Assembly (NCBI GenBank): GCA_002269645.1
Contig: NIVC01000096.1
Coordinates: 124,001 to 188,000 of the forward strand
Source of the DNA: Macrostomum lignano
Lineage: Eukaryota
Direction: 5' to 3'
DNA: 64,000 nucleotides
Shown here: positions 32,957 to 44,548 of the stretch, piece after piece
How the letters are laid out: every line of letters starts with the position of its first letter
How positions within the stretch are numbered: position 1 is the first letter of the stretch
The notes under the pieces: generated by a model
Seen by the model: the letters and a program-made list of their open reading frames with translations, nothing else
Database searches by the model: none
What the model was told of the DNA's origin: nothing
Made by a program: the position numbers and the translations under genes

Positions 32957-33260
32957 CAGTGGCGGATCTAGAGTTTCATTTTGGGGGGGGGGCGGTCCAA
33001 GTTTGAAGCGCCAACACGAGTGTAAGGGACGCCAATTTTTAAGCCAGGGGGCGCAAAATGCGTGTAGGGGGCGAAAAATCAAGCTTAGGGGCGCAAAAAA
33101 TGCATTTGGGGGCGAAAAATCAAGCTTAGGGGCGCAAAAAAGGCGTTTGGGGGCAAAGAATCAAGTTTAGGGGGCGCAAGTTTAGGTTTTTGGGGGGCGC
33201 AATATATTCGGTCAAGCTATTTTTGGGCCCCCCCCCGCCCCCCCCCTAAATCCGCCCCTG
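32957..33260. mobile_element. hAT-type MITE inserted in the LINE RT
   Basis: TIR CAGTGGCGGATCTA / TAAATCCGCCCCTG; 8-bp TSD AGTGTGAA (32949-32956, 33261-33268); internal GGGGCGCAAAA repeats. Confidence 0.9.
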
Positions 33261-35471
33261 AGTGTGAAGGTCGAATAGATGCATTTCTCGGTGCTGAGGG
33301 TGACCTTCCACCGCTTACACCATTCTACGGCCGCGTCAATAGCTGGTTGTAGGATGCCTGCGCAGTCCGTTAGTTTCCTGCTGGTGGCTAATAGTGAGCT
33401 GTCATCAGCGTATAGGTTGATTTTGCAGTCAGGGCTTGCCCTCTGTATGGTCGCCGGCAAGTCGTTTACGTACGTAGTCTACAGGTTGGGGGCGATGACG
33501 CTTCCTTGTGGTAGGCCCTCCTCGAGGACTCTTTCCCTGCTGATGCCATTTGTTGCCATTTCACCCTGGCGCGGCGGTCTCTGAGGAATTTGTGCACCCA
33601 GAGGATGAATCTAGCTGGTACTGTGAGCTCGTATAGATTGAAAGTCAGTGCGGCACGCCATACCCTGTCATAGGCCTTGCTGAAGTCGAGTAAGCATATG
33701 GCGGAGCGTTTCGCTGGTTGTTCCTCAAAACCATCGAATGTAGATTGGCAGGTGTGGGCGAGGACCTCTTCGGTGCTCCTGCCCTGGCGGAAGCCCGCCT
33801 GCTCTGGGGCAAGTTTGTGTTCTCGCTCAAGGTAAGCGTTAAGTCTTTGTTGGACGAGTTTCTCTCCAACCTTGCAGATGGAACTCGTAAGGGCAATAGA
33901 TCGGTACGAGGACGGTGAGCTTGGCGATTTGTCCTTCTTAAGAATCGGTATAATGGTGGCTCTTCGCCATTCGGTAGGGACTTGGTCACCCTTCCAGACT
34001 CTGTTCAGTAGGTTGAGGATCTGGAGCTCCATGGCTGGGGGGAGCTGTTTCAACATCTCGTTGCTGACCTGGTCTGGGCCGGGGCATTTGCCAGATTTCG
34101 GTCTACGGATTATGTGACGGAGTTCGCCGATAGTGAAGTCTGATTCCGGACCATGGTTGGTGGCGGTAGCTCTGCAGTTGCGAAGGATGCAGTTAGCCTC
34201 TTTGACTACGAGTATAGCCTCGTCGTTGTCTCCCTTGTCTAGCCGGGATTCTTTAGCGTAGATTTGCATGAAGAGGTCGGCCTTATTTTTGTTAGTGATG
34301 GCCACTTTAGTCCTACCAGTGGATGGGTTGGTATAACTAATGGTCGAGCAGGTTGCTTGTGGTTTGGCTTCGCCTCTCATGTTACGGAGGGTCCTGTAGA
34401 GATTGGTGTCCATCTTCATGTTTTTACACGTTTCTGACCAGAATTCTTTTTTTGCGTTGTGAATAGTATTGCGTAGGCACATGCGCGCTTGCGCGAGTTC
34501 CTGTATGTTAGTGGCAGACGCGTCTGTTTCGACATTTTGGCGGGCTTGCTGATTTCTGTGTAGCGCTGTGTCGCAGTCGTCATTCCAGAAGGGCTTCGAG
34601 ATGTTTTGCGCGCCGTTCCGGGCTCCTTTCGGGATTGCGGCTGCGGCGGCTTGCTGTATGGCTTTGCAGATACGTTTGTGTTCTGCTTCGGGGGATTCCG
34701 CCGCGTCCTGGGTTTGAGTTTGTAGGATCTCTTTAAATTGCTGCCAATTCGCCTTCTTGTACGACCACTGCGCTTGTCGTTGTTGTCGTTGGGGGCAGCG
34801 CGCCTGCACGCAGAAGGTGATGGGCAGGTGATCGGAGCCAAGGTCGCTAGCGGTGGACCAGGTTCTGCATGCAACTGCACTCGGTCGGCCGCAGGCCAGG
34901 GTGCAGTCCGGTGCCGATTTGCCGCCAGTCGCTGGATTGAGTCTTGTCGCGGAGTTCCTGGAGTTGCAGATGTTGAGGTTGTTGTTACTCGCCCAGGTTT
35001 CCAGTTCGGCACCTCTGGTGTCTCCGGGCTGGAAGGGGTTCCAGTGGCCGTGGCAATTGAAGTCTCCGCCTATGACGGTGTTGCCCGTAATCGGTATACA
35101 AGAGAGATCCGGTGTCCAGGCTTCACGTTGACGTTGGTTGCTGTGTGGGGCAGCGTAAACGCTGACGATGTTGAGGTCGCCTAGTCATTTGAGGTGGAGA
35201 GTGCACGCTGCTATGTCTAGGGCGGTTTTGGATTGGTCGGGCATGGTGGTGAAGTCGATGTCGTTTCTGACCAGGATGAGGGCGCCTCCCCGACCGACTC
35301 TTTTGGAGCGGCGCTGCAGTAGAGTCGACGGGCTGGTGTTTGGTCTGACCGGTGCTGGTTCATTTGGTGTAGGCTTGGGCAATGTAGGCAGTAGGTTCGT
35401 GGCTTGTGGTGTCGAGCAGCAGCTTCCGATGTATTCATCGTTCCAATCTTTACTGCGCTTAAGGTCGCTAC
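33261..35471 (-). pseudogene. LINE ORF middle: end of PHD, APE C-terminal half and reverse transcriptase (frameshifted)
   Basis: RGGALILVRNDI; DLGSDHLPITF; KCPGPDQV; IIPILKKDK..SSYRSIALTS; EQAGFRQGRST; LDFSKAYDRV; INLYADD. Confidence 0.9.
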
Positions 35472-35802
35472 TGTTGTGTCGCAAATGACTAAGAAAAGTT
35501 CATTCAGTGAGTTTTAGAACGAGGTGAGATAAATTCTTTATTTCAAAGAGCGATAGTCAATAGCTAAATATTATATAGCGATCAGGAGAGAGTGGTGGAA
35601 GGTGACAATATTTAGGGTGGTGGGCAAGGCGCACACAGGTAGACAGTGTACTAGAGAAAATGAGTATGTACTTGCAGAGGAATAAAATAAGTAAGAACAG
35701 AAAATATAAAAAAACAAGTTGCGATGCAAAATAAGTCAGTCAGCTCAAATCCACATAAGTTCATCGAGTCATTCAAATAAGTTAAAGTCAAACGCCGCCT
35801 CA
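35472..35802 (-). repeat. 3' LTR of the Gypsy element (331 bp)
   Basis: Matches 39558-39716 plus 40891-41063 with a few substitutions. Confidence 0.95.
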
Positions 35803-38800
35803 TCTTCCCCTTCGAATCGAGCCGGCGGCACGCCTCTGTTTGCACGCACCGGGTAGCAGGGCTCTGGTTTCTCGGTTGGCTCGCCGATCCCGCCTTGATG
35901 GTCTTGAAGGAGACCGTCCGGCTGATGCTCAACAGGCTGCTCAGTTCGCTGCTGCTCGACAGGCTGGTGCGGGGCGGACTCGTCAGGCTGGTGCTGTGCT
36001 GGCTCAGTCGGCTGCCTCTCGATGATGGGACTCAGCTGGTCAGCGTGAGCTAGTGTGACCTGGCCTCCATGCCGCGCGATCAGTGCCGTATTGGTGCCCT
36101 TCTGGGCAACGAACTCGGCTCGTTTTTGGACCTGCTTGCCGCCGGGCGTGTACCAGACGCTCGCTCCGATTGGCGTCTGCATGGTGATCGGGTTGCGCAG
36201 CTGCCGTCCCATGAGCTGCGCTGGGCTCTGCAGCCGGCCTGCATGCGGTACGCACCTGTAGTTCAGGAGCAGCCTGGACAGGAATGAGTCGTACGATTCC
36301 GACTGCTGGTTCCACGCTGCCGATGCTCTCTTGATGGATTGCACCATCCGCTCCGCCAGGCCGTTTGATTGCGGATGTCGCGGCGGCGTCTTCAGAGCTC
36401 GACAGCCGATCCTCTCTAGCCAGGCGAGGAGATTCGCGTCGTGGAACTCGGCGGCGTTGTCGCTGACGAGCACGTGTGGCACTCCGGTTCTCGCGAAGAC
36501 AGCCTGCAGTACTCGCTTGACGGTTGCCGCGTCTCGGTTCGGCACTCGCACCGCCTCTGGCCAGCCAGACATCGCATCGACCAGAATGAGCAGCAGTCCG
36601 ACCTTCGGCACGTTCGCGTGATCCATGTGCACTCTGTGCCAGGGCTCCTGCTCCTCCGGCCACCGGTGGACAGTCGCTGGGCCACTTGGTCGAAGCCTCG
36701 AGCAGGTTGAGCAGCTGCGGATGAAGGCCTCCACGTCGTTGCAGTAGCCGGGCCACCAGGCGGAGTTCTGAAGACGAGCGCGAGTTGAACCGGATCTTTG
36801 ATGAGTATCGTTGTGCACCAGCCGGAGTGCTTTTTGCCGGAGGACGGCCGGAATCACCACGCGGTCGCCGTAGCAGAGAACTCCGTCCTCCACAGTCAGG
36901 GCGCATCGGGCCGCTTTGAAAGGCTTCTCGGCTGGTGAGCAGTTGGACCATTTGTTAGTGGCGACTCGCTTTATGATGTCCGTCAACAGCCTCTCTCGCT
37001 GGGTTTCTTCCTTGAGCTCCTGCCATGGAATTACGGCTTCTGCCGTCCAGTGGATGACGCTCTCGAGCTGCTAGCCCTGATTATCCGAGCTGTCGTCGTC
37101 GAAGTCCAGCTGTGTTAGCGCGTCGACTTGCGGAATCGACTCGCCCTTGGTGTAGATGATGTCGTAGTCGAATGCCATCAGCTTTATCGCCCACCGAAGC
37201 AGCCTGGCGTTCGCAACCTTGGGCAGCTGGCGCCTCGTGCCAAAAATGAACTCCAGCGGGCGGTGGTCGGTTCTCAGCGTGAAGAGCGATCCCAGCAGGA
37301 ATTGCTTGGCTCGCTCCATGGCCCAGACGATTGCGAGCGCCTCTCTCTCGATGTTGGAGTAGCGAGTCTCAGCGCTGCTCAATCGTCGACTGAAGTACAT
37401 GACCGGGTGTCCGGCCTGAGACAGGACCGCTGCAATTGCCTTCTCGCTGGCGTCGGTAGTGAGCGTGGTCTCCTCGCGCTTGTTGTAAGGCTTGATGACC
37501 GGTCCTCGGCTGAGAATGTCCTTGATCAGTGAGAAAGCGGCTTGCTGAGCAGGACCCCAGTTGAACTCTGCTGCTCGGCCTCGCAGCTGATTTAGCGGCT
37601 CGACGACATCTGAGTAGCTCTTGATGAACCGACCAAAGAAGTTGGGAAGTCCCAGGAAAGACTCGAGTTGCTTCTTGTCCTTGGGAGGCTTCACAGAGCG
37701 AATTTTCTCCACCAGCTCCGGGTCTGGAGTTTTACCTGAGGCGCTGATTCTGTAGCCTAGGAAGGAAATTTCTGTTGCCCTTAGATTCGACTTGTCCAGG
37801 TTGATGGTCATTCCAGCTGACTGCAGAGCTTGCAGCACGCGTTGCACTTTCTGATTGAGCTCGGAGTCGGACTTTGCACCCAGAAGAATGTCATCCTGGT
37901 AGACAATTTTGCTGCTGATGTCCTCCAGGATTGTCTCCATGGCCTTCTGGAAAATCGATGACGCTGACTTCAGACCAGGCATCAGTCTCTTGTACCTGAA
38001 GAGGCCCAGTGGCGTTGAAATAGTGGTCACTTCTCGGCTGTCCTCGTCTAGCTCGATCTGCAGGTAGGCGTCCGAGAGGCCGAGCTTGGCAAAAAGCGTC
38101 ATGCCAGCGACTTCGGAGAATATGGTCTCCATTTCCGGCATCGGGTAGGTGTCGTTGCAGATCTGATGATTCACTCCAGCCTTGAAGTCGGCGCATACTC
38201 GCACTTTTCCATTGGGCTTCAGCACGTTGACAATAGGGGACGCCCACTGGCTGCCTCCGGCAGGGACTGGCTCAATGATGGCTTCAGACTCCATTTGCTG
38301 CAGCTCACGCACCACCAGGTCCCTGAGATGCAGCGGCACTGATCGCGCAGCGCAGTAGAACGGCTTGGCTCCCTCAACGAGTCTGATTTTGGCCTGGAAG
38401 CCTTTGAGACAGCCGAGCTGCTGTATCTCGTTGATGGTGACGGCGTCTTCCTGCAGCTTGATGTTGTCCATGCCGAGCAGCCCGTGCTTCTTTTCCGCAA
38501 CGGTGACGACCAGATCGACTGCCACGAACCTTGAGTCGGTCTCGAGCGACGCAGTGAACTCGCCTAGGCAGGCAATGCTGGAGCCGTCAAACTGCCGCAG
38601 AATTCTCTTGCACTTGCGCAGGGCTGGGCGGCCGAGCTGTCGCCATAGGTTCTTCGGAATGAGGCTGACCTCCGCGCCGGTGTCGACCTGCATTGGCACG
38701 CCGCAGCCATTGATCTTAATTGTCCTTAAAAGGCCAGTCCTTGCTGCGCTGGGGCCTACGGCATACACTTCCGCTTCCTCAGCAGACTCTGTTGTCTCCA

Positions 38801-39557
38801 AGTGAACAGCTCGGGATCTGCAGACAGCCGCAAAGTGATTCTTCTTCAGGCAATTGGTGCACTTTTTGCCGTATGCCGGACAGCTGCCTCTAGGGTGGCT
38901 GGTGCCACAGAATCTGTATTTAGAGATTGCCGATGTCCTTGAAGGTGACGCGCTCTTCTGCTGGCCGGTGAATGCGATGTCCGCAGTCGCGGGAGCGTTG
39001 TAGTCCCTGATCTGCTCCAGGTGCTGTAGGCTCTGCAGAATGCTGTCTAGCAACATGTCGCCTTCTTGCAGCCACTCGAGAATCTGCTTCTTGTGTTCAG
39101 GTGAGACCAGACCATCGATGAGTCGCATGACGATCATGTCATTTTCCTTAGTCTGCTTGCTGCCCAGTGTCTCGAATTCACATAGCAATGCGGCAGCTCT
39201 CAGCCTTCGGAAGTACGCCATGACGCTCTCCCCTGCCTCCTGCCTCAAGTTGAGAAATTTCGTGCGCTCAGCGATGACGAGGCGCTTCTTAGGGCGAATT
39301 GTGCTGTCGACGAGTTTCTTGATGTCGTCAAACGTCATTTCGTCCAACTGTTTGGGCGCTGCCATGAGGGACAGGGTGCGGATTGCTTGGAGTCCCGCCT
39401 TTGATAGAAACAGGTCCGTTTTGTCTCGAGCTTGGTCAGAGTCGGTGAGCTTCTTGATGCGCGCTGCTGCCGATAGCTGTTGCATCCACGCCTCGGCCAT
39501 TTCTGCATTTTCCAAATCGAGCTCCTGGCTCTGTTGTCTGCCTGCTTGAGACGCCAT
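35769..39557 (-). CDS. Gypsy gag-pro-RT-RNase H-integrase polyprotein with one in-frame stop (37071-37073)
   Basis: CCHC knuckles (CTNCLKKNHFAAVC), protease VDTGA, RT VYQDD, RNase H TDAS/YSNIEREALA/TDHRPL, integrase H..C..C, DNAAEF, SNGLAER. ORFs 37071-39557 and 35769-36986 are in the same frame, separated by a TAG. Confidence 0.95.
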
Positions 39558-41063
39558 TGTTGTGTCGCAAATGACTAAGAAAAGTTCATTTTGTGAGTTT
39601 TAGAACGAGGCGAGATAAATTCTTTATTTCAAAGAGCGATAGTCAATAGCAAAATATTATATAGCGATCAGGAGAGAGTGGTGGAAGGTGACAATATTTG
39701 GGGTGGTGGGCAAGGCGGGGTGCTTTCACAAGGTCGAAATTTCACAACGTCGAAAAGCAAATTATTGCACAAGGTCGAAATTTCACAAGGTCGAAATTTC
39801 ACAACATCGAAAACTCTAGCAGAAGACTTAATAATTGTAAGCCTTCGAGGCTTTTCTATATTCTATTGTTGTTTAGTAGGCCTATATATGTTGTAGGTGT
39901 TTTTCTGTTTGTCACTTAGTCTAATTTATCCTAACCAGTCATTGCCAAAGTTATAGGGCTTTTTTCTCTTTTCAAAGTTTTTCTCTTTTCCCCTAAATTT
40001 ATCCTACTTCTGATACCAAATTTTAGGTGCTTTTTACTGCTCTAATTCCAAAATGCTTCCCAACTATATAGCTAAACTTACAGCTTATGTAAACAAACCC
40101 ATCGTCCCAGTAGTCATAAGACACTTAGCAGAGCACTCAGCACTCCTTGACGTTGAACTACGTAAAGAAGAGGTGATCAAAAACTTCTCTGAACCAAAGC
40201 TATTAAAACAAAAAATAATAATATAAACATTGACACAATAAAGACTTTAGTTTTCCACATTGTAAAATTTTGATATTTTCATACTTGAAGCTGCTAAATT
40301 CTCAGTTTTTACATTGTAAAATTTCGATCTTATGAAAGTGGCTGCTATTTGAGTTTTCGACCTTGTGAAATTTCGACCTTATGAAGTCTCTTGCTAAAGT
40401 TTTCGATGTTGTGAAATTTCGACCTTATGAAAGTGGCTGCTTTTCGAGTTTTCGACCTTGTGAAATTTCGACCTTATGAAAGTGGCTGCTTTTCGAGTTT
40501 TCGATGTTGTGAAATTTCGACCTTGTGAAATTTCTACCTTGTGAAAGTGGCTGCTTTTCGAGTTTTCGATGTTGTGAAATTTCGACCTTGTGAAATTTCG
40601 ACCTTATGAAGTCTCTTGCTAAAGTTTTCGATGTTGTGAAATTTCGACCTTATGAAAGTGGCTGCTTTTCGAGTTTTCGACCTTGTGAAATTTCGACCTT
40701 GTGAAATTTTGACCTTATGAAAGTGGCTGCTTTTCGAGTTTTCGATGTTGTGAAATTTCGACCTTATGAAAGTGGCTGCTTTTCGAGTTTTCGATGTTAT
40801 GAAATTTCGACCTTGTGAAATTTCGACCTTATGAAAGAGGGTGCTTTCGACGTTGTGAAATTTCGAGTTTGTGAAACCCCCCGGCAAGGCGCACACAGGT
40901 AGACAGAGTGTACTAGAGAAAATGAGTATGTACTTGCAGAGGAATAAAATAAGTAAGAACAGAAAATATAATAAACAAGTTGCGATGCAAAATAAGTCAG
41001 TCAGCTCAAATCCACATAAGTTCATCGAGTCATTCAAATAAGTTAAAGTCAAACGCCGCCTCA
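39558..41063 (-). repeat. 5' LTR of the Gypsy element, split by a DNA-transposon insertion
   Basis: LTR halves at 39558-39716 and 40883-41063. Confidence 0.9.
39717..40882. mobile_element. Non-autonomous TIR DNA element (GG termini, 8-bp TSD; possibly Merlin-like) with subterminal repeat arrays
   Basis: TSD GGCAAGGC (39709-39716, 40883-40890) is single-copy in the other LTR. Imperfect TIR GGGG..TTTCACAA..TCGAAATTTCACAACGTCGAAA. Many TCGAAATTTCACAAGG motifs, concentrated at 40310-40870. Superfamily is an inference. Confidence 0.85.
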
Positions 41064-41868
41064 GCTACATTTCAGGTGGAGCCAGTTCCAGCACTGTTTG
41101 CAGCGGAGGCTGGTCTGGCGTTTGGTGATGGAATTGTTGCAGGCTGCGCACAGTCAAGTGGCGGTATCGGGATCGGATTGCGAGTTTATGTTTTTATGAT
41201 TTTTGTGGTATCTTTGCCGAGAGGTCCCGGCGTCGCTTCGGTTGTGTTGTTTAGTTGCATCGTGGCCGTGTGGCGGTCAGGTCCGGATTGCGCGTTGTTA
41301 TTTTTTTGGGTTGTATTGTGCTTGTCCGCGCCGATTTGGGCCTTCGCGTCTGGCCATGGCTCGTTGCGCCGGGTGCAGGCTGATCGAGATGACCTGCAAC
41401 CTTTACACCTGAGTCTGTTGCGTTATCGGTGGCGTCTGAGCCTAGGAAAATGTCGATTTTGTTGCTGCCGTCGGCACGGGCTGCTACACTATAGCCGCTC
41501 GGGGCGGTGTAGCTCGTGTCCGGCGTTAGCTTTGACTCTTGCAGAAGGACTGCCGCAGGGCGATGCTTATCCAGCCACCTGGTTAGTTCCGGAGTCCTGG
41601 CTTTAATGCCATTACAGTTGAACTGTAAGATAAGGAGCTCTTCCAGTGGTTTTGCATGTTGCCTGTTGCGACGGTTGCCGTGTCTGCGTCCTTTAGGCGG
41701 GGAGTCGCAGCCGCCCCGGAGGCGGAGGACGCGGTCGAGGTTCCCGCTTTCCCGATGATCGGCTGGGCCGTTGTTGCTGCTGTTCGTACGTGCTGTCCGG
41801 AGAAGGAGGGACACTTCGCCACATGGTGAGTCCATGTGCTCGGGGGCGCTACGAGAAAGCGGTCCCAT
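41064..41868 (-). pseudogene. LINE ORF N-terminus: leader with VLRLRGG, APE N-terminal half, start of PHD finger
   Basis: ATG 8 nt from the element 5' end; LILQFNCNGIKAR..EL...LLQESKL; CAAC...CKQCWNWLHLKCS is cut by the Gypsy insertion. Confidence 0.85.
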
Positions 41869-41876
41869 TGCCCGCC

Positions 41877-42180
41877 GTTTGCTCTGCTGCTGCTGCTGCT
41901 GTTGTTGACGCTCCGGTTGGTGCCACCTCTGTTGTTGACGCCCTGGCTGGTGCCACCTCTGCTGCTGACGCCCTGGCTGGTGCCACCTCTGCTGCTGACG
42001 CCCTGGCTGGTGCCACCTCTGCTGCTGACGCCCTGCCTGTTGCCACCTCTGCTGCTGTTCCAGCTGTTTCTGTTCTCAATGGTCAGGATGAGCTCAACGA
42101 GCTACTAGCGTCAATTGACTTACCAACGATAGCGACGACGAATCATACAGGTGCAATTGATTACTTGATTACAGGTAATA
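41877..42180 (+). pseudogene. Polinton-2 ORF1 3' part with 30-bp repeats (DALAGATSAA)
   Basis: Rejoining across the LINE TSD gives ...ETDGISVCSAAAAAVVDAPV.... Ends QDELNELLASIDLP, cf. Polinton-1 QLDEILDDIENLELP. Confidence 0.75.
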
Positions 42181-43330
42181 ATAATATTAATTACAATAAC
42201 AATGCTAGTAGCTATCTTATTTTGAATCTGGTGTTACCGCCTGTCAGTGGAGCTGGTTATGTCGTGCATGTTGATGCTAATAGAATCACTTTTACTTCAA
42301 TGCAATTTTCTAGCTTCACCTTCTTTCTGAGCAAATTCACGGTGCTATTTCTGAGTTGGTGTGGAGAGGACATTTTTTCCAATATACGAGGTATTGCAGC
42401 GTTTAGACTTGTAGCGTGTAGGCTCGAAGTTGAAGGGTGGGTTGGTAAGTGAAGCATTCATACGCTTTTAGAGTAGAAGAAATTGTTGTGAGGATAAATA
42501 CGAGGCGTACACGTGAAGACTGGATGAAGGTATCTATTATCAGATTTTTTTGCTCTTAATGACTAAATTGTTGCTAAAAAGTTGCTAGTGTATTGTCAAA
42601 GTGGCGATGGTTTGATTTAAAAAAAATAGTGATTTTCAATCAAAATAACCTATAGTATGTTAAAGTATACATAATGCTTCAAAGTTTTGGTAAATACGAG
42701 TATGCATGTACATTTAGTAATAAGTAGACATAAAGGGGTCGTACTATAAAGCTGTCGTAGCGTAAGTTCGATCGTACGTCGGAACTTTTACACTGCGAAG
42801 ATAGGAGCTAAGATCGATCTTATTTTACGATGGCTTTATAGAACGGGACCAAACACTTTAGAATGAACAACAGCTCTTTACTCTCTCCATCCCTGTGCTC
42901 TCTGATCTTACAAAGTAGCTTCTTAAATTCTTAAAATTCTTAAATAATGTTGTATTCAAATAGTTTGCTAATGTTAATTTTTTTATCTTTTCTAATGACT
43001 TTTATAATATAGTTCACATAGGATCTCGTATTATTCAGTAAAAATCTAGACACGTGCGCATCACTGCAAGCAGTTTAACACTCATATTTACTTTACTAAA
43101 TCAATCCTAATCTACCGTCGTTTTTTTTCTCGCCGATGTTGATCAGCACTTTATTCTTAACTGATATAATTTATATAGGCTGCGATTGTAACACCTGTAC
43201 TTTCAGTCTCGTTAAAATATACTTACCTCGTATATATAACATCCCTGTGAACCTAAATTCATCTGGGCACCGCTTGAGTAGGTTCGGCAGCAACAATGTC
43301 TCATACGAGGCAGCTTGCACATTCTGAGCT

Positions 43331-44038
43331 TCAAGCAAGGCTGCCCACGGCAGCAGACACATCGTCATGAAAACGTTGAAGGCTTGAAAGCGAGGTGTCA
43401 CTTAGCATAAGCTCTGACAGCTGATGCATGAGGTCTCTGACTATCAAATCTGGCTTGCCAAACCGATCTCGCAGGATTGTGATTGCAGCCGCGTAATTCG
43501 CACCAGTCACTGCCAGACCCCGAATTCCAGCCTTGGCAGAGTCGGAGAGAGAAGCGAGCAAGTAGTTGAATTTGTCAATATCAGCGAGTGATGAATTTGA
43601 ATCCACAGATGACGAAAACTGATCCCAAAAGGTCTGCCAACCCGTAACTGTCCCATCAAAGGTCGGTAGCTGACACTTAGGTAGCTTCACCTGAGGTTGA
43701 GCGGAGCCTGAAGGCTGTCGATGCGCCACGTTTGAACTTTGGGAATTTTCCAGCAATTTAATGTACTTGCGGCAGCAAAACGAGTAGTCATAGCTCTCAG
43801 CCAACTCAGGTTCTATCTTATCTTCAGAGAGATCTTCCTGAATCACCTCATCTGCACCTTTTAACGCCTCCAGCTTCTCCTTGAGAACCTCTAAGCACGC
43901 CTCAGCATCAGCAACGGCTTCGACATTCCACCAACTAAGCGACAAGAGCTTGTCTGCCTTCGCGATAGTCCGAGTGACAGCTGCTCTAATCAGAGCCCTC
44001 TTCTTGACCTCCGCAGACATAACGACCTCGAGCAGCAA
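43331..44038 (-). mobile_element. BEL/Pao LTR retrotransposon gag fragment (DUF1759-type), 3'-truncated
   Basis: VKLPKCQLPTFDG...WQTFWDQF...IDKFNYL..SL...A...I.GL..TGANY..A..IL.DRFG; upstream PBS-like TGGCGCCCGA at 44558-44567. Confidence 0.85.
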
Positions 44039-44548
44039 CGAGCAGCAACCAACCAGCTAGCAGTGGGAGAGTTCAGAGAGGAGCGCAATAGGACCCACAA
44101 CTAACTTCAGAGCACACCCAAAGCAAGCGAAAATTTTACCGAATTATGAAAATGTAAATAAAAGGGCAGAGTGAAAATCTACGACTACGTGACTGATAGC
44201 AAAAGCAGTGAAACAAAACAACACGCAATGAACAGAAATGATTATAAATGAATGGAAACTCGAACAGCCAACTGAAACAGTCCAAATGAAAACTTAGCTG
44301 GCAAACGAATCGACTTTACCAGGCAGCTGTCCTGTCCGTCCGTCCTGAGTCCTGAATCCGGAGTGAGCACAGAGTCTGAAGCCTTGAGCACGATGAGAAG
44401 CAAAGACGACGACGAAGACGAGCAGACGAATGCAGAGTTAACGAAATTGATACGATGCGAGACGATAAACGAGCCGAACGAAGGGTCACAAGCAGAAGCA
44501 GTGTAGTGAACGAGGTGAATATCGATGGTAGCAGAATAAAACTCTGGT

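Larger units (their letters stand above)
35472..41063 (-). mobile_element. Ty3/Gypsy LTR retrotransposon (Mag-like) inserted in the LINE
   Basis: LTRs TG...CA at 35472-35802 and 39558-41063; 5-bp TSD GCTAC (35467-35471, 41064-41068); PPT AAGGGGAAGA at 35803-35812; PBS-like TGGCGTC directly after the 5' LTR. Confidence 0.96.
31405..41876 (-). mobile_element. Full-length single-ORF non-LTR retrotransposon (I group, Ingi-like: APE-PHD-RT-RNase H-Zn knuckle), degraded and interrupted
   Basis: TSD GTTTGCTCTGCT (31393-31404, 41877-41888); (GAA)n tail; LILQFNCNG/LQESKL and SDHLPI (APE); QAGFR, DFSKAYD, PQGS, YADD (RT); WTDGS/AEMTAI/TDS/WVPGH..GNEAAD (RNase H); CADCG...HLLRRCP. Confidence 0.92.

Noticed and set aside
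40534-41052. 172-aa ORF with FHKVEISQGRN repeats
   Set aside because: Spans LTR and subterminal repeats of the inserted TIR element; non-coding.
41740-41868. 2A ribosome-skipping peptide in the LINE leader
   Set aside because: No D(V/I)ExNPGP motif; the nearest sequence (SSNNGP) does not fit.
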